Below, one piece after another: positions 1-10,738 of a DNA stretch of 64,000 bases; the stretch's first letter is position 1, and each line of letters starts with the position of its first letter. The stretch is taken from positions 37,665-101,664 of IMG/VR virus record IMGVR_UViG_3300032323_001417. One strand, 5' to 3'. Below the pieces are notes generated by a model. The model was not told where the DNA came from. It made no database searches and worked only from the letters and a program-made list of their open reading frames with translations. The stretch comes from a virus. The translations under genes and the position numbers were made by a program.

Positions 1-1
1 T

Positions 2-3000
2 TATCAAGATTCTATTGATGAGGCTAAAGGAAGTATTTGTTTTAGCTTAAATGTCTTTGCTCCAGTTGGAAAAAATGTTGCAACCTACGATATAGGGTTT
101 ATTGTAGGAGGGCAAAGATACTATTTAAATCATACAGTTGAATCAGAAGGATCCTGGCAAAAAATTTCTTATACAAAACAAATTATTTCAACAGAAAATT
201 TGACACCATTCATAAAAATAAACTATAGTGACAATTTAGAAACGGGAGAAGTAAATTCTCCTGTGTATATAAATGGGCTGTCTGTAGGACAATGGTCAGA
301 ACCGTATAATCATAAAAATACTGGAGTTTTTTCAGAAGAGTTGCCAGAGAGCCTAACCTCATTGCTACCGTATGCTGGATTTTTAAAGGGATTAAGGTTA
401 GACGCTTATGGATTTAATGATTTAGACGATGCTTATATTATTCAAGAAAGAAAAAGACTTCTTGCAGAAAAAGCAAATGTTCCCATGGTGTATGGATCAA
501 GAAACAATGTGTCAATATTTTCAAAAAATCCACTAGAAGTATTTGAAGACTTTACAAGTGGCGGATCTTCTTTTGAATCTGTATTTATAGATTTAATAGA
601 TGGAGGATCCTCTAGTGCTACTTTTACAAGTTCTGTTGACGGAGGAACTTCTTCTTATGTAAATGAAGATATTTTGCTTCCATCAATTATTTTTCCAGGA
701 AAAGGATTTTTAAACAATTCTGGAAAGTACACAAACCTAACTGCAGAATTCTGGTTAAGAATAAACAATGAAAGTGTTTCTCCAGTTAGAATATTTGGAC
801 CACTTACTTCAGATGATGGAATTTATGTAGAGTCAAGTTTTATTACAATAAAAGTTGGAAAGCACGTTAAGTCATACTTTATTGGAAGTTGGTATAGACC
901 AATGCTTGTTCATTTTAACCAAAGCTCAAATGAAATATCTTTAATGATTAATGGAGAAAAAGTTATTTCTATGCCAGTTGATTTAGAGTTTATAGAAAGC
1001 CTAACACCAGAGTCTGAAGATTTCTTAGGATTTTTTGGAGATGATAAGATTTCCATTTTTGAAATAGACTGTTTTTCAATATTCCCATACATAGTATCAG
1101 AACAAGTTGCAAAAAGAAGATATGTCTATGGTCAAGGAGTAGAAGAGCAGGACAGTTTATTAGAAAATATTAATGGAGATCTTCATCAAATTGATTTTGC
1201 TTTTTCTGGTTATGGTTCAACAATTAGCTATCCAGATAGAACCCAATGGGACAGCGGCTACTTTAATAATTTAAAGGTGGACTCATCAGGACTATCTTTA
1301 ATAGACTACAATCTCCCAGAAGTTTTATTTAATTATGTTTCTGCATCATCAACAGTAACACAAATACAAAGTGAAAACTTTTTATCATCATTTGAATCAG
1401 ATAACTTTTTAATTCAAGATGAGACCTATCCATTTTTATCAATGTCTCCAAGTGCAAGCTATTCAAACTACTACGGAACCCTGTATTTTTCTAAATTAAA
1501 TCAATTAAACCATCCAACCTCTTCCGTGTATGGAATTTTTAAAGCACCACAAGGAGTTAGTCAAGAACAGACTATTTTATATTTTGAAAATTCTAGAAAC
1601 AACGATTACTTTAAAGTAGCACTAAGCTCTGGTAGTTTACAGTATATCTATAATGGATCAGTTTTAACTAAGACCCCTGTAGCTAGTGGAGAGTTCTTTG
1701 CAGCTGGATTTGATATAGATAAAATTTCAACAACCTATGCTTCGCAAATAAAAAACTTCTTTTCAAATACTGAGACCATATCTTTCAATGTGGCTGGATA
1801 CGGTGAAAGCAAGTTCTATGGAAAAATGTTTTCTTTAACAATTAATAATAAATTCTATACAGAAAAAGATTCTTTATTTAATGAATTTGGAATTGCAGAA
1901 AAAACTTTTACTGGAGATAAGTTTTCCTATGTTGGATCGTACACGCTGGTTCCAAAAATGTCTAACTCTACAGTTTATTTAGATATAGCATCTTCAGGGT
2001 ATTGGGAAAGCTCTATTCCACTTTCTTATTTTGGAAAATATATAATTGATTCAAAAGGAAATAGGGTATACGATTTAGATTTAATTCAATTTAATATTGA
2101 TGCTCCAACCAGTCCATTTTTTACAGGGGATCAAATTTCTACAGATTTTCAAAATTCTAGTCCAGTAAAGCCTTACATAACCTTGCAAGAAAAAACGAAT
2201 GTTGGAATGATTCCCTATACAGATTATGTTTTAACTAGACCAATATCTCAAGAAAATAAAATTTTAAATTTTGATGAAGAAAGCGATTTAGAAACAACAA
2301 AGTTTCTTGTTTCAGATGGAACAATAGTATTCCCCCCAGACTTTGTGGGAAATTTTGCAGACCACTATATAGGAGTTCATGTTGAACTAAAGTCAAATGG
2401 AATAAAGACTAATAATCTAAAGGTTAAAAGAATGTCTTTCGCATCCCTATCATTTGATGAATCAGAATTCTTTGGAATAAATACTACTGGAGGAAGAAAG
2501 GTGTATCCAATTGTTAAGACGCAAGATCAGTATGTCTATGATCAAAAAAACCCAGTAATTATAGACATCGAATCTAGCCCTTATTTGTACTTAACTAAAA
2601 ATTCTGGAATACACGTTGCACCATACTTAGTTGAAAGCGGTCTTGAAAGAGGGCTATCTTTTCCAATTAATCCAGAGTTAAGATCTAGTTTTACAGCAGC
2701 TGGAATTCAAATGTTTATGATGTTTGACAAAGAAAGACTTTTTTCTTCAAGACAGCTGTTAGGAAGAATTATTTCGTCAGACAGATCTGTAGACATTGTT
2801 TTAATTCCAGAAGAGGATCAAAAAAGAGCCTCTTTAAAGTTTTTTGACACATTTACACAGAACGAAGAATCTGGATTTAAAGCGTTTTTAAATGGAAGAT
2901 TTAGTGACAATATCTTAATTAGACCACTTGAATGGAATGTTCTAACCGTTTCTTTTGAGTCTGATGCTTTTGAATTAAATTCAAGAATTGGGCAGTTAGA

Positions 3001-3385
3001 AATTTATTCAGGAATAGTTGTTAACAACGTTGCTATCTTTAAAAAGTCTACTGAAATTTCTAGCATATCAGAATCTTCAAATGAGTGGATAAATATTCTT
3101 AGAGATCTAGATGTTTATGGAGCAGCTCAGCCAGAATTTGATTGGGAATATTGGCAGGACGATACTGAGCAGGGTGGGATTGGTTTTGCTACATGGACCA
3201 ACGTTTTAAACTTCCAAAGAAATACTGCAGTAAAAATTACTATTAATGGAGAAGGAATCTTTAACTCATATACTGGTCTTTCTTCTGTAGTATCTGACGA
3301 TAATAGCATTCTAAATGTCAATTTTGACAGCATAAGGCTGTTTAATGACGTAACTTGGGACACTTTTGTGACAAAACCTGTATAG
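2..3385 (+). CDS. Minor tail/virion protein with LamG (concanavalin-like) domain, 5'-truncated by the window
   Basis: Frame is open from position 2, with no stop before the TTG at 200. LamG-like pattern TAEFWLR...WYRPMLVHF...LMINGE; beta-rich; lies upstream of the portal. Confidence 0.65.
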   Translation, partial: YQDSIDEAKGSICFSLNVFAPVGKNVATYDIGFIVGGQRYYLNHTVESEGSWQKISYTKQIISTENLTPFIKINYSDNLETGEVNSPVYINGLSVGQWSEPYNHKNTGVFSEELPESLTSLLPYAGFLKGLRLDAYGFNDLDDAYIIQERKRLLAEKANVPMVYGSRNNVSIFSKNPLEVFEDFTSGGSSFESVFIDLIDGGSSSATFTSSVDGGTSSYVNEDILLPSIIFPGKGFLNNSGKYTNLTAEFWLRINNESVSPVRIFGPLTSDDGIYVESSFITIKVGKHVKSYFIGSWYRPMLVHFNQSSNEISLMINGEKVISMPVDLEFIESLTPESEDFLGFFGDDKISIFEIDCFSIFPYIVSEQVAKRRYVYGQGVEEQDSLLENINGDLHQIDFAFSGYGSTISYPDRTQWDSGYFNNLKVDSSGLSLIDYNLPEVLFNYVSASSTVTQIQSENFLSSFESDNFLIQDETYPFLSMSPSASYSNYYGTLYFSKLNQLNHPTSSVYGIFKAPQGVSQEQTILYFENSRNNDYFKVALSSGSLQYIYNGSVLTKTPVASGEFFAAGFDIDKISTTYASQIKNFFSNTETISFNVAGYGESKFYGKMFSLTINNKFYTEKDSLFNEFGIAEKTFTGDKFSYVGSYTLVPKMSNSTVYLDIASSGYWESSIPLSYFGKYIIDSKGNRVYDLDLIQFNIDAPTSPFFTGDQISTDFQNSSPVKPYITLQEKTNVGMIPYTDYVLTRPISQENKILNFDEESDLETTKFLVSDGTIVFPPDFVGNFADHYIGVHVELKSNGIKTNNLKVKRMSFASLSFDESEFFGINTTGGRKVYPIVKTQDQYVYDQKNPVIIDIESSPYLYLTKNSGIHVAPYLVESGLERGLSFPINPELRSSFTAAGIQMFMMFDKERLFSSRQLLGRIISSDRSVDIVLIPEEDQKRASLKFFDTFTQNEESGFKAFLNGRFSDNILIRPLEWNVLTVSFESDAFELNSRIGQLEIYSGIVVNNVAIFKKSTEISSISESSNEWINILRDLDVYGAAQPEFDWEYWQDDTEQGGIGFATWTNVLNFQRNTAVKITINGEGIFNSYTGLSSVVSDDNSILNVNFDSIRLFNDVTWDTFVTKPV

Positions 3386-3388
3386 TCA

Positions 3389-3397
3389 TGGTACAAT
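3389..3397 (+). promoter_or_regulatory. Extended -10 promoter TGGTACAAT, leaderless start
   Basis: TGnTAnnnT lies 6 nt before ATG 3404; no Shine-Dalgarno. Confidence 0.6.
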
Positions 3398-3403
3398 ATT
3401 GTC

Positions 3404-3775
3404 ATGGATTATCTAGAAGGATTACAAAAACTGCCAAACAAGCCAAAAGTAAGCTACGTTGAAAACGATGCTGAATATGGTCTATACGTTTGGAAAACAG
3501 AAACAGGCAGAATATTTGGAGATGGAGATGGAAGTTTTATGAATATTCCAGCCAGAAAATATGATTTGACTGCTATTAATAGAATTACACAAGCTGCAGC
3601 ACATTACGGAGCTGGTCCAGGCAAGGCAGTATTTATGCCAGGAGTTACAAGAATTACAGAAGAAGAGCACTCTGTTCAAATTGATAGAATGAAGCAAGGA
3701 TACATTCCAAGTGAATTTGACACTGGTGCTTTTGCTGATGCTGCAAGGGGGCTAAAAGAGCATGGAAATGACTAA
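3404..3775 (+). CDS. Hypothetical protein preceding portal
   Basis: 123-aa ORF with its own promoter, overlapping the portal start. Confidence 0.6.
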   Translation: MDYLEGLQKLPNKPKVSYVENDAEYGLYVWKTETGRIFGDGDGSFMNIPARKYDLTAINRITQAAAHYGAGPGKAVFMPGVTRITEEEHSVQIDRMKQGYIPSEFDTGAFADAARGLKEHGND

Positions 3776-5321
3776 TGAAGTAATTGCTAGAATTGATAAT
3801 CTAGACAGGAATAAGCCATCTGCAAATAAAACAGATGACTTTATGACAGAATCAGATCTTGTAAAAAGTTTTGATGGAATTGACGCAAACTTTAAGAGAA
3901 GAATTTCAAGAATGAGCAAAGCCTACACTGGTCAAGATGGTGCAAAGTCTAAGCAGCTATTTCCAGAACAAGATGTAACTACAGCTTACGGTCTTTTCGA
4001 TGTTGTCTTGCCACCATACAATCTTGATGAACTGGCATTCTTTTTTGATAACTCTTTTGCAAACCATGCTGCAATTAATGCAAAGGTTGCAAATACCGTT
4101 GGTCTTGGATACGGCTTCATAATGTCTGACATTGTTAAAGCAAGAATAGAAGAGATTGAAGATACGAATCAAAGAGTTAGAGCCCAAAGAAAAGTTGAAA
4201 GGGCAAAGTCTGAACTTGCAAATTGGCTTGAAGAACTAAATGATGAAGACACCTTTACCCACGTCCTTGAAAAAGCAATGACGGATTATGAGGCAACTGG
4301 TAACGGATATATTGAAATTGGAAGAAAGAATACTGGAGAAATTGGATACATTGGTCATATTCCTGCTACAACAGTTCGTGTAAGACGTATGCGTGATGGC
4401 TATGTACAGATTGTAAATCAAAGAGTAGTTTACTTTAAAAACTTTCAAGACAAAAAGACAGTAAATCCTGTAACAGCAGATCAGAGACCAAATGAACTTA
4501 TTCATATTAAAAAGTACAGCCCTAAGAACACATACTACGGAGTTCCAGATGTTGTTTCTGCTGCAACATCAGTAGTTGGAGATCAACTTGCTGCAAGATA
4601 CAACATTGATTATTTTGAGAATAAAGCAGTGCCAAGATATATTGTTACATTAAAGGGTGCAAAGCTAAGTTCAGAAGCAGAAGACAAGTTGTTTAGATTC
4701 CTACAGTCTGGTCTTCGTGGACAAAACCATAGAACACTTTATATCCCACTTCCTGGAGATGGTCCAGACAACAAGGTTGAATTTAAAATGGAGCCAGTTG
4801 AAAATGGAATTCAAGAAGGCTCGTTTGATAAATACAGAACTTCAAATGTTCACGACATTCTTATGGCACATCAGGTTCCAATTTCAAAAGTTGGATCAGA
4901 CCCTGGCAGTTCAATTGCATCTGCACTTGTTTCAGATAGAACTTTCAAAGAGCAGGTTGCAAGACCGTCTCAAAAGAATTTAGAAAAAACAATCAATAAA
5001 CTTATTAAAGAAAAAACAGACATTCTTTTGCTAAAGTTTAACGAACTAACTTTGACTGATGAAAATACTCAAAGTCAAATTGATGAAAGATATCTAAGAG
5101 CACAGGTTGTTGTTCCAAATGATATCAGACCTAGACTTGGACTCCCAGTAGTTCCACAAGGAGATACTCCAGTAGTTATGACCCCTCAACAACGTGCAGA
5201 ACAGAATGCTCAAATGTCTGGAACAAGACAAAGAGATCAGCAAAGAACTGATCAGACATCCGATTCTACCTCAACCACTACAGGAAGAAATCCTGGTGGC
5301 GAAGGAAGATCTGTAGTATAA
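3762..5321 (+). CDS. Portal protein (HK97/PBSX-like)
   Basis: TGNGYIEI, ELIHIKKYSP..YYGVP, YFEN.AVP and ILMAHQVP motifs; sits before protease and capsid. Confidence 0.9.
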   Translation: MEMTNEVIARIDNLDRNKPSANKTDDFMTESDLVKSFDGIDANFKRRISRMSKAYTGQDGAKSKQLFPEQDVTTAYGLFDVVLPPYNLDELAFFFDNSFANHAAINAKVANTVGLGYGFIMSDIVKARIEEIEDTNQRVRAQRKVERAKSELANWLEELNDEDTFTHVLEKAMTDYEATGNGYIEIGRKNTGEIGYIGHIPATTVRVRRMRDGYVQIVNQRVVYFKNFQDKKTVNPVTADQRPNELIHIKKYSPKNTYYGVPDVVSAATSVVGDQLAARYNIDYFENKAVPRYIVTLKGAKLSSEAEDKLFRFLQSGLRGQNHRTLYIPLPGDGPDNKVEFKMEPVENGIQEGSFDKYRTSNVHDILMAHQVPISKVGSDPGSSIASALVSDRTFKEQVARPSQKNLEKTINKLIKEKTDILLLKFNELTLTDENTQSQIDERYLRAQVVVPNDIRPRLGLPVVPQGDTPVVMTPQQRAEQNAQMSGTRQRDQQRTDQTSDSTSTTTGRNPGGEGRSVV

Positions 5322-5370
5322 TATAACAATATTATAAAATATAAAAAAATACATATATAATAGGAATAAC

Positions 5371-6768
5371 ATGACTAATTTAAGCAAGGCTTATTGGACA
5401 TCAGATAACGATGATATCAAGTTATCAATGCCAATCGCTAAAGTAGATGTAGAGCGTAGAATCGTTTCTGGATTTGCTACGCTTGATAACATTGACAAGC
5501 AAGCAGACATTGTTCCTACTGATGTTAGCATAAAAGCCTTTGAGATGTTCCGTGGTAATTTAAGAGAAATGCATCAGTCTATTGCAGTTGGCAAAGTTGT
5601 TAATTTTAGACAAGAAAAGTTTTTTGACAAGTCTACAGACAAACTTTACAACGGTGTTTATGTAGACGCATATATTTCTAAAGGTGCTCAGGATACCTGG
5701 GAAAAAGTTCTTGATGGCACTCTTTCAGGTTTTTCAATTGGCGGAGTAATCAAAGATTCAGAAAATAGCTGGGATGAGAATATTGATAAGACAATTAGAA
5801 TTGTCAAAGACTATGAACTTCATGAACTATCTTTGGTAGACAATCCAGCAAATCAATTTGCAAATGTCGTGTCAATCCAGAAAGTTAACAAGGATGAACA
5901 AATTGATGGTATAATTGCAAAAGCAGATCTTGAAAATGTCTACTGGTGTGAGAATGACGGTATAGTCAGACTTTCAGAAGTTGATGATTCAAGTTGCCCA
6001 TCATGTGAAGTCAGTATGAAAAATATTGGTTTTGTAGAGACAAAGGATACAGAAAAAGCTATGACAGTTAAATCAATTTTAAATAAGTTTATTGGTTCTA
6101 CAGACCTTGCTAAATCTGAAGATGTTTCCGAAACCCCAGAAACTTCAGGCGAAACGCTTGAAACAGCGATTGACAATAATGCGTCAATTGTAAAAAACAA
6201 TATAGAGGAGGAGAACAACGTGTCAGAAGATAATACAGTAGTAGAAGAGACCGTTGAAGAAGTTGCAGCTGAAGAAGCTGTTGCTGAAGCTCCTGCCGAA
6301 GAAACCGTAGAAAAGTCAGTTGACGCAGTTGACGCTGTTGAGGAAACAGTAGCTAAGTCTGCTGATCCAGAAGAAGCACCTGCAGAAGAAGTTGCAGAAG
6401 AAGTTGCTTCTGATGACGTTGAAGTTGAGAAGTCTGTTATTGCAGAAGATACAACCGATTCTGAGCTTGCAAAAGCTGTTGACGAAATTAAGGTTTCAGT
6501 AACAGAGGCAGTGAGTGAACTTATTTCAACAATGAAGTCACTAAATGAAGAGATTGCAGACCTTAAAAAAGGTCACGCCACAGTAGCAGAAGAAGTTGCT
6601 GGAGTAAGAGGCAGTCTTGAAGAGTTTGGAAAGCGTGTAGATGGTCTAGAAGACGAAACCGCTGTCCGCAAGTCTGGCGATCTTGGCGGGATCGTTCAGG
6701 GCAATACAATAAGAAAAGGGTCTATGTGGGGTGGACGTTTCCTAAATTCCGCTGACCTATATCATTAA
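5371..6768 (+). CDS. Prohead protease (HK97/XkdF-like) fused to a Zn-ribbon and an acidic scaffold region
   Basis: RIVSGFAT..DKQADIV, REMH, GFSIGG and ELSLVDNPAN motifs; C..CPSC; Glu/Ala-rich coiled-coil C-terminus. Confidence 0.88.
   Translation: MTNLSKAYWTSDNDDIKLSMPIAKVDVERRIVSGFATLDNIDKQADIVPTDVSIKAFEMFRGNLREMHQSIAVGKVVNFRQEKFFDKSTDKLYNGVYVDAYISKGAQDTWEKVLDGTLSGFSIGGVIKDSENSWDENIDKTIRIVKDYELHELSLVDNPANQFANVVSIQKVNKDEQIDGIIAKADLENVYWCENDGIVRLSEVDDSSCPSCEVSMKNIGFVETKDTEKAMTVKSILNKFIGSTDLAKSEDVSETPETSGETLETAIDNNASIVKNNIEEENNVSEDNTVVEETVEEVAAEEAVAEAPAEETVEKSVDAVDAVEETVAKSADPEEAPAEEVAEEVASDDVEVEKSVIAEDTTDSELAKAVDEIKVSVTEAVSELISTMKSLNEEIADLKKGHATVAEEVAGVRGSLEEFGKRVDGLEDETAVRKSGDLGGIVQGNTIRKGSMWGGRFLNSADLYH
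6220..6768 (+). CDS. Probable nested in-frame scaffold protein (internal GTG start)
   Basis: GGAGGAG at 6207-6213 lies 6 nt before an in-frame GTG at 6220, at the start of the acidic region. Confidence 0.6.
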   Translation: MSEDNTVVEETVEEVAAEEAVAEAPAEETVEKSVDAVDAVEETVAKSADPEEAPAEEVAEEVASDDVEVEKSVIAEDTTDSELAKAVDEIKVSVTEAVSELISTMKSLNEEIADLKKGHATVAEEVAGVRGSLEEFGKRVDGLEDETAVRKSGDLGGIVQGNTIRKGSMWGGRFLNSADLYH

Positions 6769-6792
6769 GAGAAACTGGAGGTGAAATAAAAA

Positions 6793-7788
6793 ATGACAGA
6801 AAATAATGAAATTTTAGAAAAAGCGGCTGCAGCTGGTACTATCGCATCTGGTGGTATTGGTGGAGTAAGTACTCCAGCAGCTGGAATTCTTGACAATACT
6901 AACCCAGTTGGTGATCTAGTGTCTGATGGCGGTATTTTGCAGCCTGAACAGTCACGTCAGTTTATTGAGTATATCTTTGAACAGCAGGTTCTAGCCCAAG
7001 ATGGTCGTAGAGTCACAATGAGAGCTAACACAACTGAACTTGAGAAGATGAATGTTGGAGAGCGTGTAATCCGTGCAGCAGCACAGGCAGACGCAACCTA
7101 CACTAACGCTGATGTACAGTTTACAAAGGTTACTCTTACAACCAAGAAGATTCGTCTTGATTGGGAAGTTTCGACTGAAGCTCTTGAAGATAATATCGAA
7201 GGTGCTGGTCTGGAGGATCACTTGGTCCGTACAATGACCCGTGCGTTTGCTAACGATCTTGAAGATCTAGCCATCAATGGTACAGGAGCTGGTACAAACA
7301 ACTTCCTGAACATCCTTGAAGGTTTCGTATCAATCGAAGCCGATGGTAATTCAGCAACTTATGGTACAACTATCGAAAGTTTGCAGGGACTTGTTCTTGC
7401 AATGCCTCGTAAGTACCGTGGTTCCCGTTCAAACATGAAGTTCTATGCAGACACTGAAACCGTTGCTGCAATAATCAACGGTCTTGGTTCTTCTGGTAAC
7501 TTGAATTCAGAGCGTATCATTGAACGTGTAGTTGATGGAGTTGCTCCGTCAACTCTTGGTGCACCAATTCAATATCGTGTTCTAGGTCTTCCATTGGTTG
7601 AAGTTCCTTTGATGCCAGCTGGTTATGTATCACTTACATTCCCAGAAAACCGCATCTGGGGCTTCCAGAGAGACGTAACAGTACACCGTGAGTTCAAGCC
7701 AAAGAAGGATACAGTAGAATATACCGTATTCCTACGCTTTGGTGTAGCAGTTGAAGAAACTGATGCAGTAGCATTCATGCAAGACTAA
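6793..7788 (+). CDS. Major capsid protein (HK97 fold)
   Basis: GGILQPEQSRQFI, EALEDNIEG and DLEDLAINGTG motifs; strong RBS GGAGGTG; terminator follows. Confidence 0.9.
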   Translation: MTENNEILEKAAAAGTIASGGIGGVSTPAAGILDNTNPVGDLVSDGGILQPEQSRQFIEYIFEQQVLAQDGRRVTMRANTTELEKMNVGERVIRAAAQADATYTNADVQFTKVTLTTKKIRLDWEVSTEALEDNIEGAGLEDHLVRTMTRAFANDLEDLAINGTGAGTNNFLNILEGFVSIEADGNSATYGTTIESLQGLVLAMPRKYRGSRSNMKFYADTETVAAIINGLGSSGNLNSERIIERVVDGVAPSTLGAPIQYRVLGLPLVEVPLMPAGYVSLTFPENRIWGFQRDVTVHREFKPKKDTVEYTVFLRFGVAVEETDAVAFMQD

Positions 7789-7802
7789 TTATAGTCACAC
7801 TT

Positions 7803-7832
7803 GGAGGGGAGGCATTAATTTGTCTCCCCTTC
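7803..7832 (+). terminator. Hairpin terminator after capsid gene
   Basis: GGAGGGGAGGCA-ttaatt-TGTCTCCCCTTC inverted repeat. Confidence 0.7.
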
Positions 7833-7845
7833 ATCTATTTATAAA

Positions 7846-7854
7846 TGATATAAT
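7846..7854 (+). promoter_or_regulatory. Extended -10 promoter TGATATAAT
   Basis: Consensus extended -10 upstream of the head-tail genes. Confidence 0.55.
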
Positions 7855-7868
7855 AATATAGATGTATT

Positions 7869-8060
7869 ATGACAAAAGTTAAAGATAATCTTGTTTGTTT
7901 ATTTGTAGAAAATGCAAGTATCTATGAAAAAACTCTTGGTAAACTTAACAGAGGATATAATGTTGTAAGTAAAGAAGATGCTGATATATGGGTTAGTAAA
8001 TTCCCCAAAATTAGAGTCACATCTCCAGAGGAGGTAGCCGAAGCTTTCGGTGTTAAATAA
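7869..8060 (+). CDS. Small hypothetical protein
   Basis: 63 aa; TAATG coupling to the next gene. Confidence 0.6.
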   Translation: MTKVKDNLVCLFVENASIYEKTLGKLNRGYNVVSKEDADIWVSKFPKIRVTSPEEVAEAFGVK

Positions 8061-8932
8061 TGGAAGTTTTAAGAATTAATGGGAGTGTCCCAACAGCTTC
8101 GTTTTCAAGTCTTGTTCCAAATAGCTTGTATACCCTTGAGTATTCAGACATTTTAACAGATGTAGTAGTTTCAGCAAGTGCTACCGCAAATGCAAATGGA
8201 GAAGTATCCTTCCTGCTTGATGAAAAGTACGCATCATATGATGCAGTTTTAGATGCAAATGTTTATGACTATTTAGATGAAGTAGTTGTTGCTACAAATA
8301 TTGACGTTGTTAGACCATATACAAACATCTCTACCCTTGCCACAGATTTAAATAAAACGGTTGCACAAGTAAAAGAAATGGAAAGAATTGCAAGATACAT
8401 TATTGATTCAGAAGTTTCTCAAGGATTTGGATATGTTAGAAAAGAAAAAGAAATTGTTGGCAATGGATCTGACTATCTAGTAGTTAATGAAAAGATTAAT
8501 AAACTTTACAAGGTGTATGAAAATGGAACTCTTTTATATGATTCAACATCAGATACTAATGAATTAAATTTTACAATTAGCAAGGACAGGACTTCTATAG
8601 TTCCACTACACGAAGAAAGCAATAAAACAGAATACCCACAAGTATGGAGAGATAGATATTTGTCTAGAGCCTTTTCTGATGGGTATGATTATGTAATTGA
8701 TGCAGACTTTGGATACAAAGTAGTCCCCCAGGATATTCAAGAAGCTACAAGACTTTTGTGCTCAGACATCTCAAGCGATAATATGAAGTATCTTAATAAG
8801 TATATTGAGTCATTTGATAATGATGACTTTAAAATTAAATTTGCAAAAAACTTCAATGCTTCTACTGGAAACCTTGTAGTTGACAGAATCTTAACAAAGT
8901 ATAAGAATAATATTCGTATCGGGGTGTTATAA
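8060..8932 (+). CDS. Head-to-tail adaptor
   Basis: ARYIIDS...FGYKVVPQDIQEAT..L, TGNLVVDRIL.KY; position after capsid. Confidence 0.7.
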   Translation: MEVLRINGSVPTASFSSLVPNSLYTLEYSDILTDVVVSASATANANGEVSFLLDEKYASYDAVLDANVYDYLDEVVVATNIDVVRPYTNISTLATDLNKTVAQVKEMERIARYIIDSEVSQGFGYVRKEKEIVGNGSDYLVVNEKINKLYKVYENGTLLYDSTSDTNELNFTISKDRTSIVPLHEESNKTEYPQVWRDRYLSRAFSDGYDYVIDADFGYKVVPQDIQEATRLLCSDISSDNMKYLNKYIESFDNDDFKIKFAKNFNASTGNLVVDRILTKYKNNIRIGVL

Positions 8933-9406
8933 ATGCTTTTTAACTCAGCCTTTGATGATATTTTTTATCCAATGACTGCAGATATCTATCATGCAGTAGA
9001 AACTCAATCAGAGTATGGAAATATGACAAGAACTTGGCAGTTTGATAGAACTGTTAATTGCTCAGCAATAACTGCAACTTCTGGAGAACTAAATGCTGAA
9101 CTAAAGGTAAAAGATAAGTTCTTTGACTACAACTCTTCTTTGTTTTTTAGAACAAATGAGGACATTAGAAAAAGCTCTTCTGGAAAGTATTATCCAATAA
9201 CTGCAACTGCAGTAACAAATATGAGAGATCCAAATGGGGATCCAGTTTGGATTAATACTGAAAATCTTAAAACAAAAGCTGAGACAGTAAAAACAAAGTA
9301 TGAAATTAAAACAATTATTCCAAGCTTTGACATGTTTCACAACATTGGAATGTATAGAGTATTCTTAACCCGTTCAGCAAATCAAAAGTGGGATATACCA
9401 GAATGA
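8933..9406 (+). CDS. Head-to-tail stopper/closure protein
   Basis: ETQSEYGNMTRTW pattern; synteny. Confidence 0.55.
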   Translation: MLFNSAFDDIFYPMTADIYHAVETQSEYGNMTRTWQFDRTVNCSAITATSGELNAELKVKDKFFDYNSSLFFRTNEDIRKSSSGKYYPITATAVTNMRDPNGDPVWINTENLKTKAETVKTKYEIKTIIPSFDMFHNIGMYRVFLTRSANQKWDIPE

Positions 9407-10092
9407 TAACAGCTAGAATTAAGGGTGATAATGTTATAAGAATGCTTAGAAATTCTGTAGAGTACTCAAGTTCTTTTATGACAGAGTTAAAAGGAAATCA
9501 AGATATTCTAAATGCAAAAGTTGGTGAAGAATCAGTTGATGCTTTTTACGATTACCTTGATGGTCTTGCAAGGCTTCATCCAGGAATGCTACACCATGTG
9601 TATGAATGGGGGCAAGTTGGAGATCCAATGGGAAGACTTTTTGATTTAACAATGTCTCCTAATAAAACGTCTGCAGTAATTACTGCTGAATTCTTAGAAT
9701 CTGACGTACCATCTCCAACATCTTCAGAACCTTTTTATGACAAGGCACAAATTATGGAAGATGGAAGAACTGTAACAATTAATCAAGTTGAGGCAAAAGC
9801 ACTATTCTTTGAAATAGATGGTGAAGAATTTTTTAGAAGCGGTCCAATTGTAATTGCAAATCCTGGAGGAGAGGCAACCAGAGGATCTTTCTTACAAGCC
9901 TTTGATGAATTCTATGGATCTTACTTTACAGAAGTACATTTAAAGGCAATAAGATTTTATAAATATTTTTCAAATCCAAAAGTATTTGAAGCTTACTTTG
10001 GTTCTGCTGCTAGGGGTGGGGCTAAATCAAAAGGTAAAAAAGCTGCACTATCATGGATTATGAACGCACCAGGAGGAAAAAATGGTTTATAG
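9403..10092 (+). CDS. Virion morphogenesis (neck) protein
   Basis: LHHVYEWGQVG motif; ATGA overlap with the upstream gene suggests start at 9403; synteny. Confidence 0.5.
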   Translation: MITARIKGDNVIRMLRNSVEYSSSFMTELKGNQDILNAKVGEESVDAFYDYLDGLARLHPGMLHHVYEWGQVGDPMGRLFDLTMSPNKTSAVITAEFLESDVPSPTSSEPFYDKAQIMEDGRTVTINQVEAKALFFEIDGEEFFRSGPIVIANPGGEATRGSFLQAFDEFYGSYFTEVHLKAIRFYKYFSNPKVFEAYFGSAARGGAKSKGKKAALSWIMNAPGGKNGL

Positions 10093-10660
10093 ACCAGAAA
10101 ACATTATTAATCTTTATGTTTGGGAACAGTTTAAAACTCACGCCCCTGCATTCTATAACTTGTATGGTCCAACTTCTGGAGGGGCAGACATTATCCCCTT
10201 TTTCCCTGCACCAGCAAACAACCTGCCAACTGCTGTAATTGACAATGACCTACCTTACGTTATGTTTGATAAGTTTAGTAGAATCCGTGGGGGCTATAAA
10301 TATTTCTACCCTATCAAGACTGACCAAATGAGATATACAATCGTTGGTGGCTCTCTGTACGACATTAACAGGAACCAGCAGGACAGGTATGCAACAACTA
10401 TAAACCTTACAAGTCTTATTCAAAATATCCTGGATAGAGAAGATGATGCAGCTCAGGATATTAATGAATTTACCAAGACTTTGCCAGATTATAACAATCC
10501 TAATTATCCAGAATTAAACAAATATTACTTCCATTGTGTTAATGTTTACCAGTCAGGGTTTACAGATACACAACAAGATGTCTCTGATTTTATGGAATAT
10601 AATCCAACTAGAGACCTTATTATCAAATATGACTATCATTCCAAACAGTTTAATGAATGA
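10082..10660 (+). CDS. Tail terminator-like protein
   Basis: Immediately before the tail tube gene; suitable size. Confidence 0.45.
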   Translation: MVYRPENIINLYVWEQFKTHAPAFYNLYGPTSGGADIIPFFPAPANNLPTAVIDNDLPYVMFDKFSRIRGGYKYFYPIKTDQMRYTIVGGSLYDINRNQQDRYATTINLTSLIQNILDREDDAAQDINEFTKTLPDYNNPNYPELNKYYFHCVNVYQSGFTDTQQDVSDFMEYNPTRDLIIKYDYHSKQFNE

Positions 10661-10738
10661 TAAAAACTAGATGTATACTTAACTTAGGAAACGCCAATCT
10701 CCCCATAAATTTTAAGACTAAAAAAGAGGTGAAAAAAT

